Position numbers and translations under genes: made by a program. A stretch of 64,000 nt of DNA from Candidatus Latescibacterota bacterium (GTDB taxonomy: Bacteria > Latescibacterota > UBA2968 > GCA-2709665). Within the stretch, counting starts at the first letter, position 1, and every line of letters starts with the position of its first letter. The notes under the pieces were generated by a model. That model did not search any database. It was given only the letters and a program-made list of their open reading frames with translations, and had not been told where the DNA came from. Where the stretch lies: NCBI GenBank assembly GCA_965208835.1, contig OZ242358.1:4256001-4320000 (forward strand), in the 5' to 3' direction. Below are positions 1 through 9,859 of the stretch, one piece after another.

Positions 1-1378
1 GGTTCCAGTCGTGATACGCCAGAAACGAATTGCGGATCCGGCGCACCCGGGCATTGTCCGACTCCAACTCCCTCTTGTTGTTCTTTTTGAAGTCGGTGAC
101 GATCGCGGGCAGAATCCAGTCTTCGAAACGCCCGCCCTTTATGATTTCAAGCTGATCGAGCAGTAACTGTTCCACTTCCTCGAGAGTCTGATCCTTCTTT
201 GGAATGCCCCAGAGAAACTGTGCGCCGCTATCGTTGTACAGCGAGGGATACGATCCCGCCCGCCGGACCTTCTGTTTCTGGTTGAGATTCAGGTTGATCA
301 GTCCGGCGGTGGCGTTGTCCAGAATCATATCCAGGAGTGTCAGCGCGTCCGCATCCTGATGGCTCCTGGATGCCGTCCTGAACGCCAGAAGCACGTATTC
401 CTCACCCTGGAACCCGACCTGCACCCGCTCGGCGCCGCTGAGGGGCGCCTCCTTCCAGTCCGGCAACTGCGGAAGAGGCCCGGGCTCCCATGCCGAGAAG
501 TGCTCGTCGATCAGTTTTATGGTTTCGTCGATCCGGATATCGCCCGATATCGCGATCGCCATATTGTTCGGGACGTAATAGGTGTTGTAGAACCAGTACA
601 TGTTTTTCAGCGACGGATTCTTCAGGTGTTCCACTTTCCCGATCGTGGTCTGCTGGCCGTAGGGATGCACCTTGTAGAGCCGATCGGCGACGGCGTAGAT
701 GATTGCCCGGTCCTTGTTGTCCATGGACCGGTTTTTTTCTTCGTAGACGGTCTCGAGTTCCGACTGAAAGAGCCGGAAGACGGCGTTCCTGAAGCGTTCG
801 GATTCGATTACAGCCCAGTGGCGCAATCTGTTGGCGGGCAGGTTGATTCTGTACACCGTCTCTTCGTGCCAGGTGTGCGCGTTGAGACCGGTGCCGCCCA
901 TGGCCTTGTAGAGTTTGTCGATTTCATTGGGAATGGCGTATTGGGCGGCAAGCTGGGATTGCTTGTTGATCTCGGCGTAGATGGCTTTCCGCTTTTCAGG
1001 GTCGGTTTCGCTGAAATGCTCCTCGTAGAGACGGGTGATGTTGTCGAGATGCGCTTTTTCCTTTTCGTAATCCAGGGAGCCGATGCTCGTCGTGCCCTTG
1101 AACAGCATGTGTTCCAGGTAGTGCGCCAGGCCGGTGGACTCGGCCGGATCGTGTTTGCTGCCCGCCCGAACGACGATCTCCGCGTAAAACCGGGGTGTCT
1201 GGCGGTTCTCAGTGAGATAGACCGTGAGGCCGTTGTCCAGACGGAAGATATGCACCGCCATCGGATCGTCGGCGCCCGGTTCGCTGATGCGTGTGTATCC
1301 AGCGTATGCGTTAGAGACAATTACGCTCAGAAGAGCGACGAAGAGCAGCGTGGACGACGAGGTTCGCAGCTTGTGCAT
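1..1378 (-). CDS. M16 family (insulinase/PqqL-like) zinc peptidase, secreted; 3' end runs off the window
   Basis: Hand translation: signal peptide MHKLRTSSSTLLFVALLSVIVSNAYA, then LDNGLTVYL and GLAHYLEHMLFKGT (inverted HxxEH); GGAG SD upstream. Confidence 0.9.
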   Translation of the reverse strand, partial: MHKLRTSSSTLLFVALLSVIVSNAYAGYTRISEPGADDPMAVHIFRLDNGLTVYLTENRQTPRFYAEIVVRAGSKHDPAESTGLAHYLEHMLFKGTTSIGSLDYEKEKAHLDNITRLYEEHFSETDPEKRKAIYAEINKQSQLAAQYAIPNEIDKLYKAMGGTGLNAHTWHEETVYRINLPANRLRHWAVIESERFRNAVFRLFQSELETVYEEKNRSMDNKDRAIIYAVADRLYKVHPYGQQTTIGKVEHLKNPSLKNMYWFYNTYYVPNNMAIAISGDIRIDETIKLIDEHFSAWEPGPLPQLPDWKEAPLSGAERVQVGFQGEEYVLLAFRTASRSHQDADALTLLDMILDNATAGLINLNLNQKQKVRRAGSYPSLYNDSGAQFLWGIPKKDQTLEEVEQLLLDQLEIIKGGRFEDWILPAIVTDFKKNNKRELESDNARVRRIRNSFLAYHDWN

Positions 1379-1661
1379 GGATGAATCTCCCACTCTTGAC
1401 TCGGTTTGAACGTTTGAAGGTAAATGGACATTTGCCGTGGAGACGGCATGATCGGCGAATAAGCAATATAACAAGAGTGCCGGTCGAATTCAATCCCCTG
1501 CGGCCATTTCAGGTTGGTCAGGTTCCCCGCGACCGGTCGCACCGGACGCGTACAAGGCCCTTTTTCAAACACAAAAACGGCCGGCGTTTTACCGGCCGTC
1601 CCGTGCCACAATCGTAGGCGGTCCGATCTGGAGAACACTGCGCTCCGCACGGATCCGCGAC

Positions 1662-2924
1662 TTACTGAAGTTCGGCGGCCTGCGTTACGACCTTTCGGAA
1701 GGCCTCCGCGTGTTCTCTGATTACTTCCGGGCGATGGTGTTTGAACCACGGAATGGAAAACAGGCGCTCCGACATCCGCTCCGTCTGCGGCAGGCTGCCC
1801 TCGCCCTGACGTACGTCCGCGTCGGAGTGCGCGACTCGGGTGGGTTCGCCGTGGCCGTAGACGTCGGCGTCGTTTAAAACGGGATGCAGGTGCATCAGCA
1901 GATTGGCCCCCGCGCCGCACGAGGTCCCTTCGGCCCGCACCGCCTCGCAGAACTTCTGCAAGGGCAGCCCGCCGAGCTCCTCCGGCACATAGATGCCGTG
2001 CGCCGCGTACCAGCCGCCCATTGTACTGCCGGAGCCCTTCGGAGGCCTGTGGGGACGCAGCCCGGGCGCGCCTTCGAGCAGGTCCCAGAACGCGTTCATC
2101 GCCCTGTCGATTTCTTCCATCCGCTCCCGGTAATGCCTGAGCTGGACCCGCCCCACGGCCGACGACAGCTGGTGCATTCTGTATTTGAACCCGCCCAGAG
2201 GCAGGCCCGCGAACTTCTTCAGCTCCGGGTTTTCGATCTGCCCCGTCCGCTCGTAATGGCCGAATGCAACCGCGCGCTCATAGATCTCCTGGTCGTCTGT
2301 TACCAGCATTCCCGCCTCGCCGATGGCCAGCGACTTTCCGGCCATGCAGGACATCGCGCCCACGTGGCCGATCCCGCCCGTCAAACGACCCTTGTATTCC
2401 GCGCCGTGCGCGTGCGAGACGTCTTCGATGACCTTGATACCCCGGGCGTTGGCGATTTCCATGATTGCATCCATGTCGGTGGGATGACCGAAATAGTGGA
2501 CGGCCACGATCGCCTTCGTCCTGTCCGTAATCTTCCGTTCCACGTCTGCCGGGTCGAGTGTGATCGTATCCGGATCGATATCCGCGTAGACAATGGTCGC
2601 GCCCAGATTCATCGCCTGCAGCACCGACGCCCAGAACGTCATGCTCTGGCAGATGATTTCATCGCCCACGCCCACGCCGCAACCGAACATCGCCGAATGG
2701 ATGGACGACGTGCCCGTGTTGTGCGCGAGCGCGTACTTCGTGCCGAACCAGTCGGCATATTCCTTTTCAAACTTCACCGTGACATCCGTGCCTGACATGG
2801 CCCCGCGCCGCAGCACCTCCAGTGCGGCCTCCTCGTCCTCCCCGGTGATAATCGGCCAGGTGAACATATCTCCCGAATCGGTTTTCACCGCCTTCGATCC
2901 ACCCAGAATCGCCAGCTTGTCCAT
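1662..2924 (-). CDS. DegT/DnrJ/EryC1/StrS family PLP-dependent aminotransferase
   Basis: VIEDVSHAHGA and SCMAGKSLAIGEAGMLVT (catalytic Lys kept); AGGAGG SD before ATG 2924. Confidence 0.9.
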   Translation of the reverse strand: MDKLAILGGSKAVKTDSGDMFTWPIITGEDEEAALEVLRRGAMSGTDVTVKFEKEYADWFGTKYALAHNTGTSSIHSAMFGCGVGVGDEIICQSMTFWASVLQAMNLGATIVYADIDPDTITLDPADVERKITDRTKAIVAVHYFGHPTDMDAIMEIANARGIKVIEDVSHAHGAEYKGRLTGGIGHVGAMSCMAGKSLAIGEAGMLVTDDQEIYERAVAFGHYERTGQIENPELKKFAGLPLGGFKYRMHQLSSAVGRVQLRHYRERMEEIDRAMNAFWDLLEGAPGLRPHRPPKGSGSTMGGWYAAHGIYVPEELGGLPLQKFCEAVRAEGTSCGAGANLLMHLHPVLNDADVYGHGEPTRVAHSDADVRQGEGSLPQTERMSERLFSIPWFKHHRPEVIREHAEAFRKVVTQAAELQ

Positions 2925-3124
2925 CGTCAATCCTCCTGAGGTGCGTTCCACCCCCGCGTTCAGGTCAGTCGCCGGAAAATACAGCAGATGAATCCTTCGA
3001 AACAATGGTCTTAATAGTAAAAAAAAACCGAATCCGCAAGCGAAATATCCGGCAATCCACCTTTCGCGATTGCCCTTGATTTTCAGACGTGAATTAGCCT
3101 CTTTTATACAAAAACCCAAACCGA

Positions 3125-3310
3125 CCAGGATTAAGCAGGATTAGAAACCAGGAGCCAAGATCAAAGCCGACCCTGACCAAGAACCAAGAGCAGGATTATA
3201 CCTGTCCAATATCGTCGTTTCCGGACTATTTATTATCGGCTGACAACCGAACACTGAATTCTGTCTTTCCCTTTGTGTCTTTGTGTCTTTGTGTCTTCGT
3301 GTCTCCGTGT
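3125..3310. repeat. Short tandem repeats (CAGGATT-type units; CTTTGTGT x3 plus 2 degenerate copies)
   Basis: Directly visible at ~3125-3197 and 3271-3310. Confidence 0.6.
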
Positions 3311-3386
3311 GAGTCGAATCGTGGTCGTTTACTTTCGGCACGGAACACCGGTATCTCTGGACGATTTGAACTTCACATCCTTCACC

Positions 3387-4364
3387 ATGTCTGTTCTCAT
3401 CACTGGCATAACAGGAAGAATCGGCGCCAACCTGGCCGGAACGCTCGTTAACGAGGGACATTCCGTACGAGGCCTGGTCTGGCCTCGAGACCCCCGCATC
3501 GACAAACTGAACGGCCTGGACGTGGAGCTGGTCCACGGCAGCCTCACGGATCCGCGAGACGTCCACGCGGCCGCAAAGGGCGTCAGCACGGTTTACCACC
3601 TCGGCGCGGCCTTTCAGGGCGGCGGACCCTTTTCCGAAACCGAATATTTCGACATCAACGTTCGCGGCACGTTCAACATGCTGGAGGCCGCCAGGGCGCA
3701 GGACATGCCCCCAAGGCTCGTCTTTGCGGGCACCGATGCCATTTACGAAAAGTACGTCCCCGGCGGAATGGCCGAACCGATCCGGGAAGATCGAACCCCC
3801 CGGCACTGCCGCGGATGGTACGCCCTGTCCAAATCGCTGGGCGAAGAGCTCTGCACCGGATACTGGGCCACCTACCAACTGCCGGTCGTTATCATTCGAT
3901 TCTGCATGGTCTTCGGCGCGGGCGAGATTCTGGACTTCCCGCAATTCCGACTGAGCGGATTGAAGGGCCGTTCCGAATTCAAGGGCATGTGGACGGGATC
4001 AGAACGTCTGGTCGTACTCAAAGACCGGGACGGCCGGCCGTACAAGAAACACGTTGCCGACGTGCGGGATATTGTCCAGGGCTGCCGGCTGGCGATGAGC
4101 GCCGAGGGCGTTTCCGGCGAAACCATCCAGCTCGCGGGCCCCGCGCCGTTCACCTGGGATGAAGCCGTCACCTTTCTTTCCGAACGCCTGGGGATCCCGT
4201 ATGTCGAAACGGTCCTGAAGGGCGACCCCACGTTCTACGAATTCGACCTGTCCAAAGCCCGCAGACTGCTGGGTTTCAAACCCAGGTACGATATCCGGCG
4301 GATGATCGACGACGCCCTGGCTTACCGTCGAGGCGGGGACATCGGCGTCCTGCCAACGGACTAG
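3387..4364 (+). CDS. NAD-dependent epimerase/dehydratase (extended SDR)
   Basis: TGITGRIG Rossmann motif; YALSK (YxxxK). Confidence 0.88.
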   Translation: MSVLITGITGRIGANLAGTLVNEGHSVRGLVWPRDPRIDKLNGLDVELVHGSLTDPRDVHAAAKGVSTVYHLGAAFQGGGPFSETEYFDINVRGTFNMLEAARAQDMPPRLVFAGTDAIYEKYVPGGMAEPIREDRTPRHCRGWYALSKSLGEELCTGYWATYQLPVVIIRFCMVFGAGEILDFPQFRLSGLKGRSEFKGMWTGSERLVVLKDRDGRPYKKHVADVRDIVQGCRLAMSAEGVSGETIQLAGPAPFTWDEAVTFLSERLGIPYVETVLKGDPTFYEFDLSKARRLLGFKPRYDIRRMIDDALAYRRGGDIGVLPTD

Positions 4365-4375
4365 AAGAGGAAGTC

Positions 4376-5125
4376 ATGCCCCCACACCGCTCCTTCTGGC
4401 AAGAAAGCTTCCAGGGGGCCGCAAGTCTCACCTTCGACGACGGCCTCGATACGCAACTCGACAATGCGATTCCCTGCCTGGACGATTGCGGCCTGAAGGG
4501 GACATTCTATGTCAACCCGGGACGGTCGCAAGCCTGGGAATCGCAGATTCCCCGCTGGCAACAGGCCAGCAAAAACGGCCACGAACTGGGGAATCACACC
4601 TCCATGCACCCCTGCTCCTGCAATTTCGGATTCCGCAACGACGGCTTCTGTCTGGAAAACCTCGGGCTGGATGACATCGCACGGACCATCGACGAAGCCA
4701 CTGAAGACCTGAACCGCCTTTTTCCCGAACAGCGCGGGGACCGTACTTTCTGTTACCCCTGTTACCAGACGTACGTCGGCGCCGGCGAGAACCGGCAGTC
4801 CTACGTGCCGCTCGTCGCCCGCCGCTTCAAGGCCGCGAGGGGCTGGGGCGAACGCGCCAATCATCCGGAACGGATCGACCTTGCCTGCACCTGGTCCCTG
4901 GCCGTCGACGGCCATTCCGGGAAAGAGATTGTCGCATACATCGAAAACGCCGTCAATGACGGCCTCTGGGCGGTCGTCTGCATGCACGGCATCGGAGGAC
5001 AGCATCTCTCCATATCTTCAGCGGCACTGAAGGAAGTTGCCCGGTTTCTGGATCGTAACCGGAACCGGATCTGGACCGCCACGATGATCGAGGTTGCCGA
5101 CTATATTATCCGGCAACGTGGCTGA
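4376..5125 (+). CDS. Polysaccharide deacetylase (CE4/NodB) family protein
   Basis: SLTFDDG, GHELGNHTSMH, FCYP motifs. Confidence 0.85.
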   Translation: MPPHRSFWQESFQGAASLTFDDGLDTQLDNAIPCLDDCGLKGTFYVNPGRSQAWESQIPRWQQASKNGHELGNHTSMHPCSCNFGFRNDGFCLENLGLDDIARTIDEATEDLNRLFPEQRGDRTFCYPCYQTYVGAGENRQSYVPLVARRFKAARGWGERANHPERIDLACTWSLAVDGHSGKEIVAYIENAVNDGLWAVVCMHGIGGQHLSISSAALKEVARFLDRNRNRIWTATMIEVADYIIRQRG

Positions 5126-5197
5126 AGGCAGCGTTGACGTGACCATCCCCCGCGGGAAGGTTCCGCGGCCGAAGAACCCGATACCCGAGGATTCCGC

Positions 5198-6304
5198 ATG
5201 ATCGTACAGACACATCTCACCGGTTGCCGCAAGGAAGACCTGGACACCCCGGCCCTCCTGGTGGACCTGCCAACGCTGGAACGCAACACCCGGAAAATGG
5301 CAGACATCATCATCCAACAGGCGGGCGTCCAGTGGCGGCCCCACACGAAGGGCATGAAGACGCCGGCGCTCGCACACAGGCTGCTGGAAGCGGGCGCTTT
5401 CGGAATTACCTGCGCCAAACTCGGCGAGGCCGAAGTGATGGCGGCGGGCGGCGTGAGAGATATCCTCATCGCCAACCAGATCGTGGGCCCCCGGAAAATC
5501 GCACGCCTGGTCAACCTGCGCAACCATGCCGACGTCATGGTCTGCGTGGACGACGAGAGCAATATTCGCGAAATCGATCTTGCCGCGTCGGAAAAAGGCG
5601 TCCGCATCCGGGTGCTGATTGAAATCGACGTGGGCATGAACCGCGCGGGCGTTGCGCCTGGCGAACCGGTTCTTTCGCTTGCGCGGACCATCGCCGCCTG
5701 CCCGGGCCTGCAGTTCTCAGGGCTGATGACGTGGGAAGCGCACACGCTGGCCATCAAGGACATCGACGAAAAGCGGAGGCTCATCGAGGAATCCCTGTCC
5801 AGACTCACGGACAGCGCCGAACTGTGCCGGCGCAACGGCTTCCCCGTGGGCATCGTCAGTTGCGGCGGCACAGGCACCTACTGGATCAGCGCGTTCCATC
5901 CAGGCATCACCGAAATCGAAGCCGGCGGCGGCATCTTCGGCGATATCCGGTACCGCACCGTTTTCGGAGTGGCGCATGAATACGCCATGACTGTCCTCTC
6001 CACCGTCACCAGCCGCCCCACGCCTGAACGCATCATCTGCGACGCGGGTAAGAAAACCATGAGCAGCGACGCCTCCGTTCCCGAGCCGATCGGCATCCCG
6101 AACGTCGCCCTCGTGGCCCTCTCCGCCGAGCACGGCAAGATCGAACTGAGTGCGCCCGCTGAGACACCGCGGGTTGGCGAGACCATTGAATTCGTGGCGG
6201 GTTACTCCGACACCACCGTTGTCCTGCACGACGAACTCTATGGAATCCGCGATGGCGTTGTTGAAGCCGTCTGGCCGCTTCCGGCACGCGGCCGCCTGCA
6301 GTGA
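5198..6304 (+). CDS. DSD1 / D-threonine aldolase family PLP enzyme (alanine racemase fold)
   Basis: DLDTPALLVD, WRPHTK, CAKLGEAE, GGTGT, LSAEHG. Confidence 0.88.
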   Translation: MIVQTHLTGCRKEDLDTPALLVDLPTLERNTRKMADIIIQQAGVQWRPHTKGMKTPALAHRLLEAGAFGITCAKLGEAEVMAAGGVRDILIANQIVGPRKIARLVNLRNHADVMVCVDDESNIREIDLAASEKGVRIRVLIEIDVGMNRAGVAPGEPVLSLARTIAACPGLQFSGLMTWEAHTLAIKDIDEKRRLIEESLSRLTDSAELCRRNGFPVGIVSCGGTGTYWISAFHPGITEIEAGGGIFGDIRYRTVFGVAHEYAMTVLSTVTSRPTPERIICDAGKKTMSSDASVPEPIGIPNVALVALSAEHGKIELSAPAETPRVGETIEFVAGYSDTTVVLHDELYGIRDGVVEAVWPLPARGRLQ

Positions 6305-6425
6305 CAGAGCCCGCTTCACGCGGAATGTACCTGCGCCCGAAAGCCGCCGCGACAGGGTCTGAATCCGTCGATCGAAACCTCACATCGCATCGCCGAATCG
6401 ACCTCCGGTTTCGCCCAGTTTTGTA

Positions 6426-6454
6426 TTGACGAATTTTGCATAAATCGTTATCAT
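6426..6454 (+). promoter_or_regulatory. Sigma70-type promoter for the frd operon
   Basis: TTGACG-N17-TATCAT. Confidence 0.6.
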
Positions 6455-6510
6455 AAACGCTCTTTGCGAACGAACCGAACGCGATTCAACCGCGCCTTCA
6501 GGGGACATAA

Positions 6511-8220
6511 ATGGACATACCGATACACGACGTGCTTCTTGTAGGGGGCGGCGCCGCGGGATTGCGCGCCGCCATCGCCGCGGCCGAGGCCGATTCCGGT
6601 CTGAACGTCGCTGTCGTCTCCAAGGTCTACCCCATGCGCAGCCACACCGTCTCTGCCGAGGGCGGCGCGGCGGCCGTCATGCGCGAATACGACAATCTGG
6701 ATCTGCACTCGTTCGACACCATACGGGGCAGCGACTACCTGGCCGACCAGGACGTCGTCGAGGCCTTTGTAAAGGAAGCGCAGGACGAATCCATTCAACT
6801 GGAACACTGGGGCTGCCCCTGGAGTCGGGATGAGGACGGCCGCGTCAGCGTACGGGCTTTCGGCGGCATGAGCGTGAAGCGAACGCTCTACGCGGCGGAC
6901 AAGACCGGATTCCACATGCTGCACGCCCTGTTTCAGACCTCCCTCAAATACAACGCGGTTACCCGGTACGACGAGTGGTTCGTCACCTCCCTGCTCGTGG
7001 ACGACGGAGAGGTCTGCGGCGTATCCGCGCTGAACATGCGCTCGGGCGGCATCCACGCGATCGGAGCCAAAACCGTAATCATCTGTACCGGCGGCGGCGG
7101 CAAGATCTTCCCGTTTACGACGAATGCCGCCATTAAGAACGGCGACGGTATGGCCCTGGCCTACCGCATCGGGTGTCCATTGAAGGACATGGAGTTCGTG
7201 CAGTACCATCCCACCGGCCTGCCGGGTACGGGTATCCTGATGACGGAAGCGTCCCGAGGGGAAGGCGGATACCTGATCAACAACAAGGGCGAGCGCTACC
7301 TGAGCGAATACATACCCGGGAAGATGGAACTGGGACCGCGCGATATCCTGTCGCGCGCATTCATGTATGAAATGCGGGAGGGTCGCGTCTTCGACGGTCC
7401 CTATGGCAGCTACGTCCACCTGGACCTGAGACATCTTGGCGAGAAAGTCATCGACGAGAAGCTGCCATTCGTCCGGGAACTGGCCAGGAACTACGTGGGT
7501 ATCGATCCGGTTCAGGAGCCCATCCCCGTCCGCCCCGTCGTCCACTACATGATGGGCGGCGTCCACACGGACATCAACGGCGCCACGCCCGTTCAGGGCC
7601 TCTACGCCGCCGGCGAAGCCGCATGCGTGAGTCTCAACGGCGCCAACCGGCTGGGCTCCAATTCCCTGACGGAGTGCCTCGTCTTCGGCGCACGCGCGGG
7701 AAAGGTCGCCGCGGAATACGCCGCCGGCCGGGAGTCCCCGGGCACGGACACCCTCGAAAACCTCAACCGCGACGAACAGCGGCGCATCGAAGGGACGTAC
7801 CTGCAGCCGCGCAACGGCAAGGAACGCGTCGCGGACATCCGTACCGAGATGCAGGCGGCCATGGAACGCGGCGCGGGTATCTTCCGCGATGAAGAGACGA
7901 TGAAGGAAACCTGCGAAACCCTGAGGAAACTTCAGGAGCGTTTCCGGAACGTCGGTCTGGATGACACCTCCAGCGTATTCAACACCGAACTCACGACGGC
8001 GCTCGAACTGGGATTCATGCTGGATGCGGCTGAGGCGCTTGCCCATGCCGCCCTGGATCGCAAGGAATCCAGGGGATCTCACTCCCGCTCGGATTTCGAG
8101 GATCGCAACGATGAGGAATACCTGAAACACTCATTGACATACAGGACGGAAGCAGGTCCGCGAATCGACTACCTTCCCGTAACGATCACGCGTTGGCAAC
8201 CCGAAGAGCGCAAGTACTGA
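6511..8220 (+). CDS. frdA: Fumarate reductase/succinate dehydrogenase flavoprotein subunit
   Basis: [16 protein letters not shown] (covalent FAD His), [26 protein letters not shown]. Confidence 0.93.
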   Translation: MDIPIHDVLLVGGGAAGLRAAIAAAEADSGLNVAVVSKVYPMRSHTVSAEGGAAAVMREYDNLDLHSFDTIRGSDYLADQDVVEAFVKEAQDESIQLEHWGCPWSRDEDGRVSVRAFGGMSVKRTLYAADKTGFHMLHALFQTSLKYNAVTRYDEWFVTSLLVDDGEVCGVSALNMRSGGIHAIGAKTVIICTGGGGKIFPFTTNAAIKNGDGMALAYRIGCPLKDMEFVQYHPTGLPGTGILMTEASRGEGGYLINNKGERYLSEYIPGKMELGPRDILSRAFMYEMREGRVFDGPYGSYVHLDLRHLGEKVIDEKLPFVRELARNYVGIDPVQEPIPVRPVVHYMMGGVHTDINGATPVQGLYAAGEAACVSLNGANRLGSNSLTECLVFGARAGKVAAEYAAGRESPGTDTLENLNRDEQRRIEGTYLQPRNGKERVADIRTEMQAAMERGAGIFRDEETMKETCETLRKLQERFRNVGLDDTSSVFNTELTTALELGFMLDAAEALAHAALDRKESRGSHSRSDFEDRNDEEYLKHSLTYRTEAGPRIDYLPVTITRWQPEERKY

Positions 8221-8247
8221 TTTCGAATCCCGCGCAAGGGGAATTTC

Positions 8248-8997
8248 ATGAGTAATGGCAAGAAAATCACAATAACCGTTACCCGCTATCGCCCCGAACA
8301 GGAAGACGAACCCGTCGAACAGTCTTACGATATCGATTTTCAGGACGACTGGGTGGTGCTGGACGGGCTGAACCATATCAAGGATCACATTGACGGCTCT
8401 CTGTCTTTCCGCTGGTCATGCCGGATGGGTGTCTGCGGCAGTTGCGGCATGATGGTCAACGGTGAACCCAAGCTCTCGTGTGCCGCATTCCTGCGCGACT
8501 ATTATCCCGGCGAAGTCCGTGTGGAGCCCTTGCAGAACTTCCCCATCGTCCGGGATCTGATCATCGACATGACAGACTTTATGGACAAACTCCAGGCGGT
8601 GCAGCCCTGGATCATCCGGGAGGAAGAAAAACCCGTTTCGGAAGGGGAATACCTGCAGACGCCCGAAGAGCTGAAGGAATACAAGCAGTTCAGCATGTGC
8701 ATCAACTGCATGCTCTGCTACGCCGCCTGTCCCGTGTACGGACTCGAGACCGAATTCATCGGCCCCGCCGCCATTGCCCTGGGGCACCGGTACAATCTGG
8801 ACTCCCGCGACGAGGGTCGGGAACGGCGTCAACACGTGATTGCAAGCGCCGAGGGCATCTGGGAATGCACCTACATTGGCGAATGCTCCGTGGTCTGTCC
8901 CAAAGACGTGGATCCCGCAGCCGCCATCCAGCGGAACAAGGTGGCCACCACCGGCGGCTGGTTCAAATCCGTTCTCCTACCATGGGGGAAGAAGTAA
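8248..8997 (+). CDS. frdB: Fumarate reductase iron-sulfur subunit
   Basis: [33 protein letters not shown]. Confidence 0.93.
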   Translation: MSNGKKITITVTRYRPEQEDEPVEQSYDIDFQDDWVVLDGLNHIKDHIDGSLSFRWSCRMGVCGSCGMMVNGEPKLSCAAFLRDYYPGEVRVEPLQNFPIVRDLIIDMTDFMDKLQAVQPWIIREEEKPVSEGEYLQTPEELKEYKQFSMCINCMLCYAACPVYGLETEFIGPAAIALGHRYNLDSRDEGRERRQHVIASAEGIWECTYIGECSVVCPKDVDPAAAIQRNKVATTGGWFKSVLLPWGKK

Positions 8998-8998
8998 G

Positions 8999-9424
8999 AT
9001 GACGCGCGAACACGAGACCGAACACAAGGCGTATGTGCGTCCGGTACCGATCACGTGGTGGTTGCACAATCGCCGCTACTTCCTGTTCATGATCCGGGAA
9101 TCGACCAGCGTGTTTATCGCCCTGTTTGTTCTGGTATACCTGTATCAGCTGTTTCTCGTCTCCCGGGGCGCTGAAGTCCACGATATGTTCCAGGAAACGC
9201 TCCGGTCCGTACCGTTTGTCGTGGGTTATGCCATCGTCCTCCTGTTCGCACTGTACCACAGCATCACCTGGCTGGGTCTGGTATCCAAAATCCAGATCGT
9301 TCGAATCGGACGTCTGACGATACCGCCCTTTCTCGTGGGACTTGGCGCCTATCTCTCATGGATCGTCGTGTCGGCGGTTGTCGCCTGCCTGTTTCTGACA
9401 TTGAAAGTCGGTTGTATAAAGTAG
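8999..9424 (+). CDS. frdC: Fumarate reductase membrane anchor subunit C
   Basis: KAYVRPVPITWW...FMIRESTSVF resembles the enteric FrdC N-terminus; 3 TM helices; operon position. Confidence 0.85.
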   Translation: MTREHETEHKAYVRPVPITWWLHNRRYFLFMIRESTSVFIALFVLVYLYQLFLVSRGAEVHDMFQETLRSVPFVVGYAIVLLFALYHSITWLGLVSKIQIVRIGRLTIPPFLVGLGAYLSWIVVSAVVACLFLTLKVGCIK

Positions 9425-9433
9425 GGGGAGTCC

Positions 9434-9790
9434 GTGTACAAGGAAGACAGAACCGAACCCTTCTGGTGGGGCATGTTCTCAATGGGCGGCGTGGTTGCCG
9501 CGCTGTTGATACCCGTCCATATCTTCTTCATCGGGCTGGCCGTGCCGCTCGGCCTGATCGACAAGAGCCTGCTGGAATACAGCCGGATGAAAACCCTGCT
9601 TGCGAATCCGCTTGTCAAAGTCTATCTGTTCGTTCTCATTGTCCCTCCGCTCTTTCACGCCGCCCACCGCATTCGTTTCTCACTGCACGAAATGGGCATC
9701 CGGAAACTGCTGCTCTCGCTGGACGTCCTCTGCTACGGCGGCGCTCTCCTCGGCGCAGCGGTTTCGCTGTACGTTCTTTGGGTGATTTGA
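9434..9790 (+). CDS. frdD: Fumarate reductase membrane anchor subunit D
   Basis: EPFWWGMFSMGGVVAALLIP and LFHAAHRIR resemble FrdD; operon position. Confidence 0.85.
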   Translation: MYKEDRTEPFWWGMFSMGGVVAALLIPVHIFFIGLAVPLGLIDKSLLEYSRMKTLLANPLVKVYLFVLIVPPLFHAAHRIRFSLHEMGIRKLLLSLDVLCYGGALLGAAVSLYVLWVI

Positions 9791-9859
9791 AGGTCCTTTA
9801 GAAAACAACCTGAATCTTCAGGCCGTGTCCACCGGACCTTTCGAATATCGAGACCGCCT

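Noticed and set aside
359-1384. 341-aa plus-strand ORF
   Set aside because: Antisense shadow of the minus-strand M16 peptidase, which carries the HxxEH motif and is missing from the track because it runs off the window.
6451-8130. 559-aa minus-strand ORF and similar long antisense ORFs (e.g. 29221-30609, 49682-50761, 54999-56141)
   Set aside because: They overlap well-supported genes on the opposite strand and have no motifs; expected in high-GC DNA.
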